Counted from the first letter of the stretch, positions 8,569-19,855 are shown. The stretch is 64,000 bases of DNA from an uncultured Planctomycetaceae bacterium (GCA_963771935.1 CAVYVK010000011.1:1302127-1366126), one strand, 5' to 3'. Notes: generated by a model not told the origin, from the sequence alone. Numbers and translations: made by a program.

Positions 8569-9101
8569 ATGAGGAGCAATCGCATGACCCTACACACCCG
8601 AAGGCGATCCCGGAGCGGCGGCGTGGTGGTCGAGATGGCCGTCATCTCGTGCATCTGCGTCGCGTTCATGTTCGCCATCTTCGAGTACGGCCGCGTCGTC
8701 ATGATGCAGCAGATCATGGAGAACGCCGCCCGCGCCGGCGCCGCGCGGCCGTGGTCGTCCCCACCAGCTACACCAACCCGGCGACCGACACGGCCAACAT
8801 CACCGCCCTGGTCACCGACCAGCTGGCCGACCTGCCGCTGACGCAAGTGAACATCCAGATCTACCAGGCCGACAGCAACGGCAACAATATCGGCGCCTGG
8901 ACCAGCGCCCCGTTCGGTCAGAACATCATGGTCCAGATCGACGCCGACTGTCCCAACCTGTTCCCGACCGGCCTGCCGACGGGCATCCCGAAGTCGGGCG
9001 GCCCTTCGGTAATGGTCAATTTTCTGCCCAACAGCAGCACGACGACGCCCAACGCCATCCACTTGACGGCCAAGTCGATGATGCGCGGCGAGGCCAACTA
9101 A
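8569..9101 (+). CDS. Second TadE-like protein, one frameshift as assembled (near 8745)
   Basis: GGVVVEMAVISCICVAFMFAIFEYGRVVMMQQIMENAARAGA (ORF 8569..8841) continues in ORF 8490..9101 as AAVVVPTSYTNPATD... Confidence 0.65.
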
Positions 9102-9105
9102 CCAG

Positions 9106-9137
<32 letters not shown>

Positions 9138-9206
9138 AAAAGAGAAAGCTCTTAACGCTTATTCTTCATTCTTCGTTCCTCCTTCAGCAGGAAGAGGAGA
9201 TCCATC

Positions 9207-12080
9207 ATGACGCTGAACCAACGACAACCGCGGCGGCGCGGCTCGGTCCTGCCGCTGACGGTCCTGACCCTGGTGGCGATGTGCGGTTTCGTGGCCCTGT
9301 CCATCGACCTCGGGCTGGTCGCCGTCGCCAAGATGCAGTGCCAGAACTCCGCCGACGCCGCCGCCATGGCCGGCGCCCGCGCCCTGGACGGCACGCTCGG
9401 CCAGAACCTCGGCGACGTGAACACGCCCGGCACGTCCATGTACATCGCCCAGCAAGTCGCCACGTCCAACCTGGTGTTGAACTCCGCCATCCCGGCCGCC
9501 AACGTCACCCTGCTGTATGGGGCGTGGCACTACGACACCAGCAGCCAGCTGTTCGTACCCGAATTCCCGCCCGTGTTGCCCGACAACTACAATCTGGTGC
9601 AGGTCAACGTCTCCTACAACCTGCAGACGTCGTTCGCGGGGGTCTTCCAATACATCAACCCCAGCTTCAACCCGCTGATCACGGTCCAGGCGCAGTCCCA
9701 GGCCGCCCACCGGCCGCGCGACGTGGCCATCGTCCTCGACTATTCGGGGTCGATGAACAACGAGAGCGACCTGTGGAACTGCGAGTCCTACCTGGACAAC
9801 GGCTCGGAAGCCACCACCCTCAACGGCTACAATTTTCCCGCCGCGGGCAACCCCGGCTGGACCTCCAACAATACCGACACGGTATATCCGCAGTTCGGCC
9901 CTTACGCAGGAACCAGCGCCACGGCCCAATCGAACCAGGGCAACGACTACAGCGACTACCTTTCCAACCCGAATCTCCTCTGCCCGGCGGGGGTCAGCGG
10001 CAACTCGCTGTTCAACAACCAGATGATCGGCAAGTCGAACGTGAGCCATGACCTGACGGCCGCGCAGGGCGTCCCGTCCATGGCGGCCGCGGACTTTTAC
10101 GAGAACAACCGCGGGTCGGCGGCGGTGTCCGGTTTCACGTCGGCCGGCGCCGGCAACGCCACGGGCTGGGTGGCAGGCGACAAGTACCTGTTCGTCAATA
10201 ATAGCGCCACTCCCACGACCAGTACACCGCCGGAACGAGGTACGCCATGAACGTCAACGACATCGTCAACGGCGGCAAAGCGACCGGCACGAACACCTAC
10301 GCGACCAACTGGGAGACGAAGGGCTACAAGTACTACAACGGCGGCAACGCGTTCAATGGCTACACGGAAGGCCCCGGCTACTGGGGCAAGACGTTCGCCA
10401 TCTGGCCGCCCGACCCCAGCCCCGCCTCTACGGCGGCGAATCCGACGACGATGGAAGCGATCTCGGCCTTCTCGGGCGCCAAGGTTCCCGGCGGCTCCGC
10501 GGCGAACGGCGTCAACGACTGGCGGCAGAATTTCTTCTACAACGCGACCGGCTCGGCGCCGCTCACCGACGACACCATGCTGTTCCAGGACGGCAGCGGC
10601 GCCTACGAGCAACAACGGCATCGGCTACAACGACCCGGCCGGCAACTACGTCATCAACTACAAGGCCATCCTCTACTGGATCCAGAATTGCGGCCCCAAC
10701 CCGTTCCCGTCGCTGCTGCGCTCCGGCAACGTGAGATGTACTCAGCGATCCCCAGCGACGTCGGCGGCAGCCCGGTCCGGCCCTACCGGCCCCTACGACC
10801 ACACGCAGCCGAACAGCAACATCGCCAACGCCGACCAGCGCTTCTGGAAGGAATACATCGACTGGACGCTCGGCGTCTGGCGCGACCCGACGGGCGACGA
10901 TCCAGCACACGTTCACCTCGACGTGCAGCATCGGCCCGGACTTCCGCTATGACAGCACGGGCACAATTACGACCCCCGGCACGGTCATACTCAACGGCTT
11001 GCCCGCGGCCTCGGGGGGTCATCAGCAATACATGAACTACCTGGACAACCCGTGGCGGCCGCGCCACCGCATGTGGTTCGGCCCCCAGACGATGATCCAG
11101 TTCATGATGGACTGCGGCTACCTGCCGGGCACGACGCACGACATCTCCATGTTCCCGATGAAGCAGGGCGTCGGCGGGGCGCTGACGGACATCCAGAACA
11201 ACCACCCCAACGACCTCGTGGCCATGCTGCTGTTCAGCCGGCCCGGTCTACGGCAACGACCCTCCCGGCATCGGCCAATTCAACGTCCCGCAATACAGTC
11301 TGACCAACGACTACGCCAGCATGTTGACCTCCCTATGGGTGCCGCCCGGCAGCGGCAGCCTCGGCTGCGACGTTCGATTGTTCGGCGACCCCAACGCCGG
11401 CCTGATCCCGCACGCCCACGCCGACTTCGATTCCAACACCGCCAGCAGCTTCGGCTTCATGCAGGCCTACAACCAGTTCAGCGGCAACCGCTCGGCCCTG
11501 GTCAACGTGACCGGCATGGGCGGCAGTGGTACGGCGACGGTCGGAGCGGCTGGGCCGCAAGGGGGCCACGCGCCTCGTCATCTTCGAGACCGACGGCATG
11601 GCCAACGAGGACAGCCAGCCGCAGAGCGGCTCGGGTGGTCTAACCAATGGCGGCTCGTACAACTCCTATTACAACATCCGGCCGGCCGACCCGGTCAACG
11701 GAGGCGGTTATAGCCAGAACGACCTGCTGCAGGTGGTTGAGGCGATCTGCAACCGCGACGACGGCACGCCGATTTCCGTGCCCACCGGCTACCCGACGCC
11801 GCCCAGTATCTCCGGCTACGCCACGCCCAACAAGCCGGTGATCGTCCAGTGCATCGCCTTCGGCGCCATCTTCGAGACCTCCAACAGCGCCCAATCGAGC
11901 GCCGTGCCGCTGTTGCAAGACATCTCGACGATCGGCGGCACCACGTTCCCCAGCTCGTCCACGGACCCGGTCAACGGCTACAAGTGGTGCATCGGTACGC
12001 TGCAGCAACGCCAGCAGAAGCTGCAGCAGGCGTTCCTCAACATCCTGGACAGCAGCGTGCCGGTGTCGCTGATCCAGTAG
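9207..12080 (+). CDS. Large TadG-like protein with von Willebrand A domain, at least five frameshifts as assembled
   Basis: The N-terminus RRGSVLPLTVLTLVAMCGFVALSIDLGLV is TadG-like. The MIDAS motif is DVAIVLDYSGSMNNESD, followed later by RLVIFETDGMANEDS and VIVQCIAFG. A continuous protein can be traced through ORFs 9207, 10247, 10356, 10999, 11321 and 11526. Confidence 0.7.
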
Positions 12081-12123
12081 AAATTGGCAAGCCGTGACGA
12101 GGATGACAAGGTGAACCTACCGC

Positions 12124-12155
12124 TCATCTTGTCATCTTGTCATCTCGTCATCTCG
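12124..12155. repeat. Tandem octamer TCATCTTG/TCATCTCG x4, right arm of an imperfect hairpin (partner 12094..12114)
   Basis: Read directly. It lies just after the TadG stop (12080) and before the permease start (12215). Confidence 0.8.
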
Positions 12156-12214
12156 ATTCCAGTGAGCTAGTGTTGAGCAACCGAACACCCCTCTTCCCCC
12201 CTGGGAACACCGCC

Positions 12215-13194
12215 ATGAACTCCCCCACGGCCATCCGCGTCGTCCGCTGCATGATCCGGGACACGGTTCGCCAGTCGCTGGCCTCGCGCGGCTTCTGGCT
12301 GCTCCTGGGACTAAGCGGATTGTGCATTCTGATCTGCCTGAGCGTCTCCATCCAGGGCGCGACCGCCGTCCGGCCGGCGGGAGAAATCGAGCTGTTCGGG
12401 GCCGACCGCCAACCGTACACCGGCCTCAACCAGGGACGAGGGACGATTTCGCTCGGCTTCGGGGCCGTCCACGTCGAACAGTGGCGCAACCCCGAATCCT
12501 CCATTCGCATGTTGGAGATCCTGCTGGCCCTCATCGTCGGCGGGGCCGTCGGCATGTTGCTCCTGCTTCTGTGGGCCAGCGGCTTTTTACCGGAGTTCCT
12601 CCAGCCGCGGGCGGCGTCGGTGCTGCTGACCAAGCCCGTGCCGCGCTGGGCCTTGCTGGTCGCCAAGTTCCTCGGCGTGCTGGCGTTCGTCGCCTTTCAG
12701 GTCGCCGTCTTCGTCCTCGGCACCTGGGCGGCCCTCGGCCTCCGCACCGGGAATCTGGCATCCCGGCTATCTGGTATGCATCCCGCTGCTGGTGCTTGAA
12801 TTCGCCGTCCTCTATAGCTTTTCCGTCTCTGCTCGCCGTTTGGACGCGCAGCGCGGCGGTGTGCGTGGTCGGCTCGCTGGTCCTGTGGGCCGTCTGCTCG
12901 GCGGTCAACTTCAGCCGGCTCGCGGCGGTGGCCGGCGCCGAGGACCGGCGGCCGCCTCGCCGGTCGCCGCGGGACTGCTCGAAGCCGGCTACTGGGTGCT
13001 GCCCAAGCCGGTGGACCTCGACGCGATCTCGCACGAGGCTGCTCGGCGCCGAACAGCACTTCCGCCCCTTGCCGGAGCTGAAAGCGCTGGAATCCGGCCG
13101 TTCCAGCCTCATTCTGTCGGTGCTGACCTCGATCCTGTTCAGCGCGGCCGTGCTCGCCGCCGCGGGCCGCCGGTTGGCTCGGGTCGATTATTGA
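12215..13194 (+). CDS. ABC-2 type permease, paralog of 6092..6946, several frameshifts as assembled
   Basis: LLTKPVPRWALLVAKFLGVLAFVAFQ and GYWVLPKPVDLD align with LLAKPVPRPLLLAGKCLGVIAFVAFH and AYWVLPKPLDFQ of the other permease. The sequence is traceable through ORFs 12137, 12322 and 12792. No adjacent ATPase gene. Confidence 0.65.
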
Positions 13195-13225
13195 CACGAA
13201 GGCGCCCCTTTGAGGAGGAATCGCC

Positions 13226-13871
13226 GTGACGAACGGATTTCCGACGGCTTGTCCCTGCGCATGCTGGCCCCACCTGGTCGTCCTGGCCGGCGGCCCCGAC
13301 GCTGAACGCCGACGACGACGGCATTTACCAGAAGATCATTTATTTCGTCGTCGGCGACCGAGCCCCGGCGATTCGACCTCAAGGACGACCAGGGCGGCGT
13401 CTGGAAGTCGAGCGAACATTTCGGCAAGAAGTACGTGGTGATCTACTTCTACATGGGCGACTTCATGCCGGCCTGCACCCGCGAGGCCGTCGCCTACCGC
13501 GATGCGTACAACGCCCTCAAGGCCGAGGGAGCGGAGGTCGTCGGCATCAGCGGCGACGAGGCCGCGAGTCATCAGCTGTTCCGGCAGAAATACCAGCTGA
13601 AGCAGACGCTGCTGGCCGACGACAAGGGCGACGGTCGGCAAGGCGTTCGGCCTGGCCTGGTCGGGCGGCGGCGAGTGGTCCTTCAAAGACGAGATGAGGC
13701 AAGGAGGTTCACGCTGAGGCGCGGCATCATGGAATCGCGCTGGACCTGGATCATCGGCAAGGACGGCAAGATCATCTACAAGAGCATGAATCGGTCAATC
13801 CGGACGAGGATGCCAAACAGGTGCTGAAGTTCCTGAGCGAGCGGAACAACAAAGAGCAAGAGCGACCCTGA
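13226..13871 (+). CDS. Peroxiredoxin (Bcp/AhpC-TSA type), at least three frameshifts; N-terminal limit uncertain
   Basis: GDRAPAFDLKDDQGG / GKKYVVIYFYMGDFMPACTREAVAYRDAYNALKAEGAEVVGISGDEAASHQLF / IIGKDGKIIYKSMN...VNPDEDAKQVLKFL is traceable across frames. The stop is at 13869..13871. Confidence 0.6.
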
Positions 13872-13890
13872 CGCCGGCGCTCCGTCGCCC

Positions 13891-14001
13891 GGCCCGTGGT
13901 AAACCACGGGCCTAATTGCAAAAGCCCCGTGAACGGGGCTGAACTACTTGCAGCCCCGTTCACGGGGCTTCGGTCTGTAGGCCCGCCGTTGACGGCGGGC
14001 C
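13891..14001. repeat. Cluster of four short GC hairpins, each with a tetraloop
   Basis: GGCCCGTGG-TAAA-CCACGGGCC (13891..13912); AGCCCCG-TGAA-CGGGGCT (13923..13940); AGCCCCG-TTCA-CGGGGCT (13952..13969, the exact reverse complement of the previous one); GGCCCGCCG-TTGA-CGGCGGGCC (13980..14001). Confidence 0.85.
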
Positions 14002-14069
14002 GACCTCCTGGAATCGAACTGGCCGCGCCGGCCCCGGATGTGATAGCATTCGGGGCAGGAGGCCCACCC

Positions 14070-14555
14070 ATGGCGCGCACCCCGAAAAAAGGCGAAGAAG
14101 ACGGAATCCAGGTAATCTGCCGCAACAAGCGGGCGTTTCACGAATATGAGATCTCCGATCGGCTGGAATGCGGCCTGGTGCTGACCGGCACGGAGGTCAA
14201 GAGCCTGCGCGACGGCCACGCCAGCCTGGAAGACGCCTACGCCCGGATTGAGGGCGACGAGGTCTGGCTGCTCGGCAGCGACATCCCGGAATACGCGATG
14301 GGCAACCGGATGAACCACAAGCCCAAGCGCCCGCGGAAGCTGTTGCTGCACCGGCAGGAGATCCGCAAGTTCGCCGCCAAGGCCGAACAGCGCGGCTTCA
14401 CGTTGGTCCCGCTGCGAATGTATTTCAAGGAAGGGCGGGCCAAGGTCGAACTGGCGGTGGCGGCCGGCAAGAAGCTGTACGACAAGCGCGAGGCGGCCAA
14501 GAAGTCGGACGCCCAGCGCGACATTCAGCGAGCGTTGCGCGAACGCCGACGCTGA
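14070..14555 (+). CDS. smpB: SsrA-binding protein SmpB
   Basis: MARTPKKGEEDGIQVICRNKRAFHEYEISDRLECGLVLTGTEVKSLR...LLLHRQEIRKF...RGFTLVPLRMYFKEGRAKVELAVAAGKKLYDKR is a classic SmpB sequence. Confidence 0.9.
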   Translation: MARTPKKGEEDGIQVICRNKRAFHEYEISDRLECGLVLTGTEVKSLRDGHASLEDAYARIEGDEVWLLGSDIPEYAMGNRMNHKPKRPRKLLLHRQEIRKFAAKAEQRGFTLVPLRMYFKEGRAKVELAVAAGKKLYDKREAAKKSDAQRDIQRALRERRR

Positions 14556-14568
14556 GTGTGAGACGACA

Positions 14569-14636
14569 GAGCCGCGACCGTAAGGGAGCGGGCCAGGTTC
14601 CCGCGCCTTGCCCCCGCTCCCTTACGGTCGCGGCTC
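14569..14636. repeat. Palindromic element, family 1 (24-bp stem, 20-nt loop)
   Basis: GAGCCGCGACCGTAAGGGAGCGGG (14569..14592) pairs with CCCGCTCCCTTACGGTCGCGGCTC (14613..14636). It lies between the smpB stop and the glycosyltransferase start. Confidence 0.9.
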
Positions 14637-14667
14637 CGACCCACGCATTCGGTCATGGAGGACCGCC

Positions 14668-15681
14668 GTGCATCTCACTGCCCTGGTCGATCATCCCGAT
14701 CACGTCTGCTGCCGCTACCGGCTGGCGGCGTTCCGCCCCTTCCTGGAGCGGGCAGGCGGCTCGCTCGATCTCGTCCCGCTGCCGGGCCGGTGGTGGGGCC
14801 GCCTCCCGCTGTACCGCCGTCTGCACGGGGCCGCCGTGGTGCTGCAGCGCCGACTGCTCCCCGCCTGGGAGCTGGAGCGGCTGCGCCGATCGGCCCGTCT
14901 CCTCCTCTTCGATCTTGACGACGCTGTTTTCTTGCGCGACTCCTACGCCCCTCGCGGTCTTCGCAGCGCCCGCCGCCTGCGCCGCTTCGCCGCCGCCGTC
15001 CGGGCGTGCGACGCCGTCATCGCCGGCAACGCCTTCCTCGCCGCCCATGCCTCCCGCTGGGCCGGGCCGAATTGCGTCCACGTCATCCCCACCTGCGTCG
15101 ATCCGTCCCTGTACCCGGCGGATAGGCCGAAAGCGGACTCCGACGGCGTGCAACTGGTCTGGGTCGGTTCGTCCAGTACGCTGCGGGGCCTGGAGGCGAT
15201 CCGGCCGACGCTGGAGGAAATCGGCCGCCGTGTTCCGCGAGCGCGATTGAAGATCATTTGCGACCGCTTTTTGCACTTCGCCGCGCTGCCGGTCGTGGAA
15301 CGCCCGTGGGACGCGGCCGACGAGACGGAGGAGATCGCGGCGGCGGACGTGGGGATCAGCTGGATCCCCGATGACGACTGGAGCCGCGGCAAGTGCGGCC
15401 TCAAGGTGCTGCAATACATGGCGGCCGGGCTGCCGGTCGTGGCCAACGCCGTCGGCGTCCACGCGGAGATGGTGCGCCACGGCGAGACCGGCTTCCTGGC
15501 GGACACCGCGGAGGAGTGGGTGGACGCGGTGGGCCGGCTGGCGCGTGACCCGGAGTTGCGGCGGCGGATGGGCGCGGCCGGTCGTCGGCTGCTGGAGGAG
15601 CGGTACAGCGTCGGCCGCGGCGCGTGGCGGTGGCTGGACCTGCTGGAAGGGCTACGGCGCGGCGAAAGGCGGGCGGGATGA
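14668..15681 (+). CDS. Glycosyltransferase family 1 (GT4-like)
   Basis: C-terminal GT1 hallmarks are KCGLKVLQYMAAGLPVVANAVGVHAEMVRHGETGFL. The GTG at 14668 is preferred because the ORF start at 14608 lies inside the hairpin. Confidence 0.75.
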   Translation: MHLTALVDHPDHVCCRYRLAAFRPFLERAGGSLDLVPLPGRWWGRLPLYRRLHGAAVVLQRRLLPAWELERLRRSARLLLFDLDDAVFLRDSYAPRGLRSARRLRRFAAAVRACDAVIAGNAFLAAHASRWAGPNCVHVIPTCVDPSLYPADRPKADSDGVQLVWVGSSSTLRGLEAIRPTLEEIGRRVPRARLKIICDRFLHFAALPVVERPWDAADETEEIAAADVGISWIPDDDWSRGKCGLKVLQYMAAGLPVVANAVGVHAEMVRHGETGFLADTAEEWVDAVGRLARDPELRRRMGAAGRRLLEERYSVGRGAWRWLDLLEGLRRGERRAG

Positions 15682-17432
15682 CGCAGGAAGCGCAAGGCGC
15701 GGCGGCCGTCGCCCTCACGGTTGCCGGCGTCCGCTGGCAAACAGCGCCGGAACTGATCGATCACGGCGTTCTCGGCCCCGACGGGTTGCGGCTCTCCATT
15801 GGAACGTCCATCGTCAAGCAAGGTCCGCATTGTACGGTATATCGCGTTGCGCTTCCGGAATTGGACGTTCACGTCAAGCACTACCACCCCGCCGACGCTC
15901 GATCATGGGCCCGGTCTCTGCTGCGGGCGAGCAAGGCGCGCGCCGAGGCGGCGCGCGCGCGGGAGGCGGCCCGGCGCGGCGTACTGACCTTGGAGCCGCT
16001 GGCGGTCGGCGAGGCGTTCGCCGGCGCGGCGCGGGGGTCGTTCCTGGTGACGCGCACGGTGGAAGCGGCGCGCCCTCTGAGCGCCTTTCTGGAGGAAGAA
16101 TTGCCTCGATTCGCTCCACTGCGGCGGGCGCGTCTGCGTCAAACTCTGGCGGCCGCGCTCGGCCGACTGCTGGCCCGGATGCACGACGCGGGCGTCGTCC
16201 ACGCCGACCTCCACCCCGGCAACCTGCTCCTCCGGCTCGGGCCGGGCGACGAGCCGGACTTGTACCTCATCGACCTCTACGCCGTCCGCCTCGGGCCTCC
16301 CGTGGGTCGGCGGCGCGGCCGCGACAACCTCGTGGTGCTGAATCGCTGGTTCATCCTGCGTGCCACGCGCTCCGATCGGCTGCGGTGCTGGCGCGCGTAT
16401 CAGGAAGCCCGCGCGCTCCCCTTCGGGTCGCGGCTAAACGGGCTGGACGCGGCGCGGGAAATCGAGCGAACTACAGAGATCTCCAATATTCAGTTCTGGC
16501 GCTTGCGCGATCGGCGCTGTCTCGGCGGCAACCGCTGGTACCGCCGTGTCCGCTCTGGCGCCGCGACAGGGTATGCGGCGGCGGACATGGCCCCGGCCGT
16601 GCTGGCGCCGCTGATGGCCGACCCCGACGAGCCGTTCCTCCGGCCGGGCGCCGTCGTGCTAAAGGACTCGCCGTCGTCCACCATAATCGAGTTCGACCTG
16701 CCGGTGGACGGCGCCCCGCGCCGCGTGATTTACAAGCGCTTCGCCGTCACGCGCTGGTCGGACCCATGGGCGTCGCTGTTCCGTCCGCCGCCGGCGCTGC
16801 GCTCCTACGTCATGGGGCACGGGCTGCGCCTCCGCGGCCTGCCGACGCCGCGGCCGCTGGCGGTCTGGCACCGCCGCCGGTTCGGCCTGGCCTGCGAGGG
16901 CTATCTGCTCACCGAAAAGATCCCCGGCGCCCGCGAGCTGCCCGATCACGTCGCCTCCCTGGGGCGGCTGCCCCCCGCGGAACGCCGGGCCGTCCTGGGC
17001 GACCTGATTCGCCAGGCCGGCCGCCTCCTCGCCGTCCTCCACGACCGTCGTCTTTCCCACCGCGACCTCAAAGGCCCCAATCTTCTCGTCAACGCGGTCC
17101 CCTGCACCGTCTCCTCCCGCGGGGCCGCGGAAGGACGGCCGGCAACCGACGGTCCACCCTCCCTGCTTCAACAGATCTGGTTTATCGACCTTGTCGGCGT
17201 GCGCCGGCGGACGGTGCTGTCGCCGAGGCGGAGGGTGCGCAACCTATCCCGTCTCTACGCCAGTTTTCACGGCCGCGGTACGCTGACGCGAACCGACTTG
17301 CTGCGCTTCCTGCGCCTACCTCGGCTGGGCCTGCGCGGCTGGTCCGACTGGAAGACGTGGTGGGCGGCGGCCGCGCGGGCGTTCCAGGCCAAGGTCCGCC
17401 GCAACCGGCGCAACCGGCGGCCCCTGGGTTGA
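15678..17432 (+). CDS. Protein with two Kdo/LPS-kinase-like (protein-kinase fold) domains
   Basis: There are two catalytic-loop-like segments, VVHADLHPGNLLL...LYLIDLY and LSHRDLKGPNLLV...IWFIDLVG. The ATGA start/stop overlaps the glycosyltransferase gene. Confidence 0.65.
   Translation: MTQEAQGAAAVALTVAGVRWQTAPELIDHGVLGPDGLRLSIGTSIVKQGPHCTVYRVALPELDVHVKHYHPADARSWARSLLRASKARAEAARAREAARRGVLTLEPLAVGEAFAGAARGSFLVTRTVEAARPLSAFLEEELPRFAPLRRARLRQTLAAALGRLLARMHDAGVVHADLHPGNLLLRLGPGDEPDLYLIDLYAVRLGPPVGRRRGRDNLVVLNRWFILRATRSDRLRCWRAYQEARALPFGSRLNGLDAAREIERTTEISNIQFWRLRDRRCLGGNRWYRRVRSGAATGYAAADMAPAVLAPLMADPDEPFLRPGAVVLKDSPSSTIIEFDLPVDGAPRRVIYKRFAVTRWSDPWASLFRPPPALRSYVMGHGLRLRGLPTPRPLAVWHRRRFGLACEGYLLTEKIPGARELPDHVASLGRLPPAERRAVLGDLIRQAGRLLAVLHDRRLSHRDLKGPNLLVNAVPCTVSSRGAAEGRPATDGPPSLLQQIWFIDLVGVRRRTVLSPRRRVRNLSRLYASFHGRGTLTRTDLLRFLRLPRLGLRGWSDWKTWWAAAARAFQAKVRRNRRNRRPLG
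16413..16441. repeat. Solo half-copy (one arm) of the family-1 palindrome, inside a coding sequence
   Basis: The 29 nt GCGCTCCCCTTCGGGTCGCGGCTAAACGG are identical to 45702..45730. Here they encode ALPFGSRLNG of the kinase-like protein, and no partner arm is nearby. Confidence 0.85.
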
Positions 17433-17638
17433 TCCTCCCCTTAACCCTTCCTAATCGGCAACAGAATGAAGCCCGGCAGGTCGGCCGGCCGATACAAGCA
17501 AGATCGCCCATCCCACCGCCGCCGAGGTGAACCCGCGCGGCGGCGACTCGCCTTGTCAAAGCGGGAAGGCCGGCGTATCCTCCGCCCTCCCACCGCCGGA
17601 CGCAACAGTCGTTTTGCAGCGGGCGAATCGAGGTCCTC

Positions 17639-18562
17639 ATGAGCAAGTGTGCCAACGACGTCCTCGACCGCCGCGGCCGGCCCCGTCTTGCCCGAGCCGC
17701 TCTGACGGCCGCCGCCCTGACGCTGACGCTCGGCTGTCACACGCTCAAGATGAACCCCCCGGATCGAACCGAGACCCACGGGGACGACCCGACGGCGGCC
17801 GCGCCCGCCGCGCCGTCGAAGTACTCCTTCCGCGTGGCGCCGTACGTGTTCGTGTCCGATTTCGAGGTGCCGCACGACCAGCCACTGTTCCAGGAGCTGG
17901 CCGGGATGCGCGACCAAATCTACAAGGAGCTGCAGCTGCCGCCGGGCGACTCCTCGGTGCAAGTGTACCTGTTCGAGGATCGCAAAAGTTACGACCACTT
18001 CATGCAGGCGCGCTATCCCGATTTGCCGGAGCGGCGGGCGTTCTTCATCGCCCAGCCGCGCGCCATCGGCGGTTCGGACGACCTCATTGTCTACACGTTC
18101 TGGGGCAAGAACATTCAGCAGGATCTGCGCCACGAGCTGACGCACGCCCTCTTGCACAGCGTCATCCGCGACGTGCCGCTGTGGCTGGACGAGGGACTGG
18201 CCGAGTATTTCGAGTTGCCGCCCGACTGGAAGGGGGTCAACCCCGCTCACGTCGAAAGCCTGCTGCACGCCGGCTCCTTCTCCTACAAACCCGATCTGCC
18301 GCGTCTGGAAGACTTGACCGAGGTGAAGCAGATGGCGCCGGCGGAGTACCGCGAGGCGTGGGCGTGGGTCCACCTGATGCTGCGCGACCGGCCGGAGGCC
18401 AAGGCGGTCCTGACCGCCTACTTGCGCCAGCTGCACCAGAACGGCGCTCCCGGCCTGCTGGAACCGAAGCTGGCCGCAGTGTTCCCGTCGCTGGACGATG
18501 CGTTCGACCGTCACCTGGCTCAGCTGGAGGCGTCGATTCGTCCGGATACGGCGAATCATTGA
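17639..18562 (+). CDS. Lipoprotein, DUF1570/MA-clan zinc metallopeptidase-like
   Basis: A signal peptide and lipobox (LTLTLGC) are followed by an HExxH motif in LRHELTHALLHSVIRDVPLWLDEGLAEYFE. Confidence 0.7.
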   Translation: MSKCANDVLDRRGRPRLARAALTAAALTLTLGCHTLKMNPPDRTETHGDDPTAAAPAAPSKYSFRVAPYVFVSDFEVPHDQPLFQELAGMRDQIYKELQLPPGDSSVQVYLFEDRKSYDHFMQARYPDLPERRAFFIAQPRAIGGSDDLIVYTFWGKNIQQDLRHELTHALLHSVIRDVPLWLDEGLAEYFELPPDWKGVNPAHVESLLHAGSFSYKPDLPRLEDLTEVKQMAPAEYREAWAWVHLMLRDRPEAKAVLTAYLRQLHQNGAPGLLEPKLAAVFPSLDDAFDRHLAQLEASIRPDTANH

Positions 18563-18684
18563 GGTGTTGAGAGAGGCCGTAAAGGGCCGATGCACCCCGA
18601 CGCATGGGTTCGCGTATAATGGTTAGAGGGGGAACGAACCACTCGTGACCCACCCGTTCCCTGCCCCATTCGTGGAGGGACGCT

Positions 18685-19855
18685 ATGCCTTTCTACCAGC
18701 AAATGGGTTCGATCCCCCGCAAGCGCCACATCGAGCATCGCCGCGAGGGCGGCTACCGCGGCGAGGGCATTTACTACGAAGAAGTCGTCACCACCGCCGG
18801 CTTCGGCCGGGCCTACAGCATCGTCTATCACCTGCGGCCGCCGACGCGCGTCCGCAAGGTCGAGGCCGCCGGGACCGTCGCCGTCGAGACCGTCGAACAG
18901 GATGTGCTGCGTCACCACCACCTCAAGTCCGCCGCGATGCGGCCGGCCGGCGACGTCGTCACCGGCCGCGTTCCGCTGCTGACCAACGCCGACGTGACGA
19001 TCAGCCGCTGCCGGCCGGCCCAGCCGCAGGCCGAGTTGTACCGCAACGCCGCCGCCGACGAGATCCTCTTCGTCCACAAGGGCCGCGGCGCGCTGCTCCA
19101 GCATGTTCGGCGTTCTGCCGTTCCGGCCGTTCGATTATGTCGTCGTGCCGCATTGCACGACTTACCGGATCGACTTTGACGCCGAAACGCCGCCGGACCT
19201 GCTGGTGATCGAGTCGGCGGGCACCGTCACGATCCCGCCGCGCTACCTCAACCCCGACGGCCAGCTGCGGCTCGGCTCTCCCTACGCCGAGCGCGACCTG
19301 CACGGTCCCCGCGATCCGCTGGTCGTGGACCGCGAACAGGACGTGACGGTGCTGGTCAAGGATGGCGCCCGGCGGACGCGCTACACGCTGGCCCACCACC
19401 CGTTCGACGTGGTCGGCTGGGACGGCTTCGTCTACCCCTACACGTTCAACGCCGACGACTTCGAGCCGATCACCGGCACGGTCCATCAGCCGCCGCCGGT
19501 TCAGCAGACGTTCGAGGCGCCGGGCTTCGTGGTCTGCACGTTCGCTCCGCGGCTGCTGGACACGCACCCAGAGGCGGTCAAGGTGCCCTACGCTCACTCG
19601 AACGTCCAGGCCGACGAGGTGCTGTACTACGTGCGCGGCCGGTTCGGCAGCCGGCGCGGCGTGGAGGAGGCGTCGTTCACGCTGCACCCGCGCGGCATCC
19701 CGCACGGCCCGCATCCCGGCACGATCGTGGCCAGCCGGCCGATGACGCGCACCGACGAGCTGGCCGTCATGGTGGACACGGTCAAGCCGCTGCTGCTGAC
19801 GCGGCAGTCAATGGAGATGGACGACCCGAATTACCCGTATAGCTGGCTGGAGTGA
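18685..19855 (+). CDS. Homogentisate 1,2-dioxygenase family (cupin) protein, one frameshift near 19095
   Basis: MPFYQQMGSIPRKRHIEHR...GEGIYYEEVVTTAGF... continues as MFGVLPFRPFDYVVVPHCTTYRI...HPFDVVGWDGFVYPYTFNADDFEPITG...YAHSNVQADEVLYYV...HPRGIPHGPHPG. Confidence 0.75.

Noticed and set aside
14608-14667. ORF-track start codon for the GT1 glycosyltransferase at 14608. The cases of 49730 for hemB and 47417 for the amidohydrolase are similar.
   Set aside because: Two of these upstream extensions begin within palindromic repeat arms: the GT1 start at 14608 lies in the loop of 14569..14636, and the amidohydrolase GTG at 47417 lies in the arm of 47413..47529. The hemB extension from 49730 reads through the whole element 49791..49848. 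Downstream starts (14668, 49877, 47396) give N-termini that match the families.
18562-18685. TATAAT box (CGCGTATAATGG near 18613..18618) as the promoter of the dioxygenase-like gene, and a possible riboswitch in this leader.
   Set aside because: No suitably spaced -35 element and no recognisable riboswitch consensus. The evidence is too weak to report as a feature.
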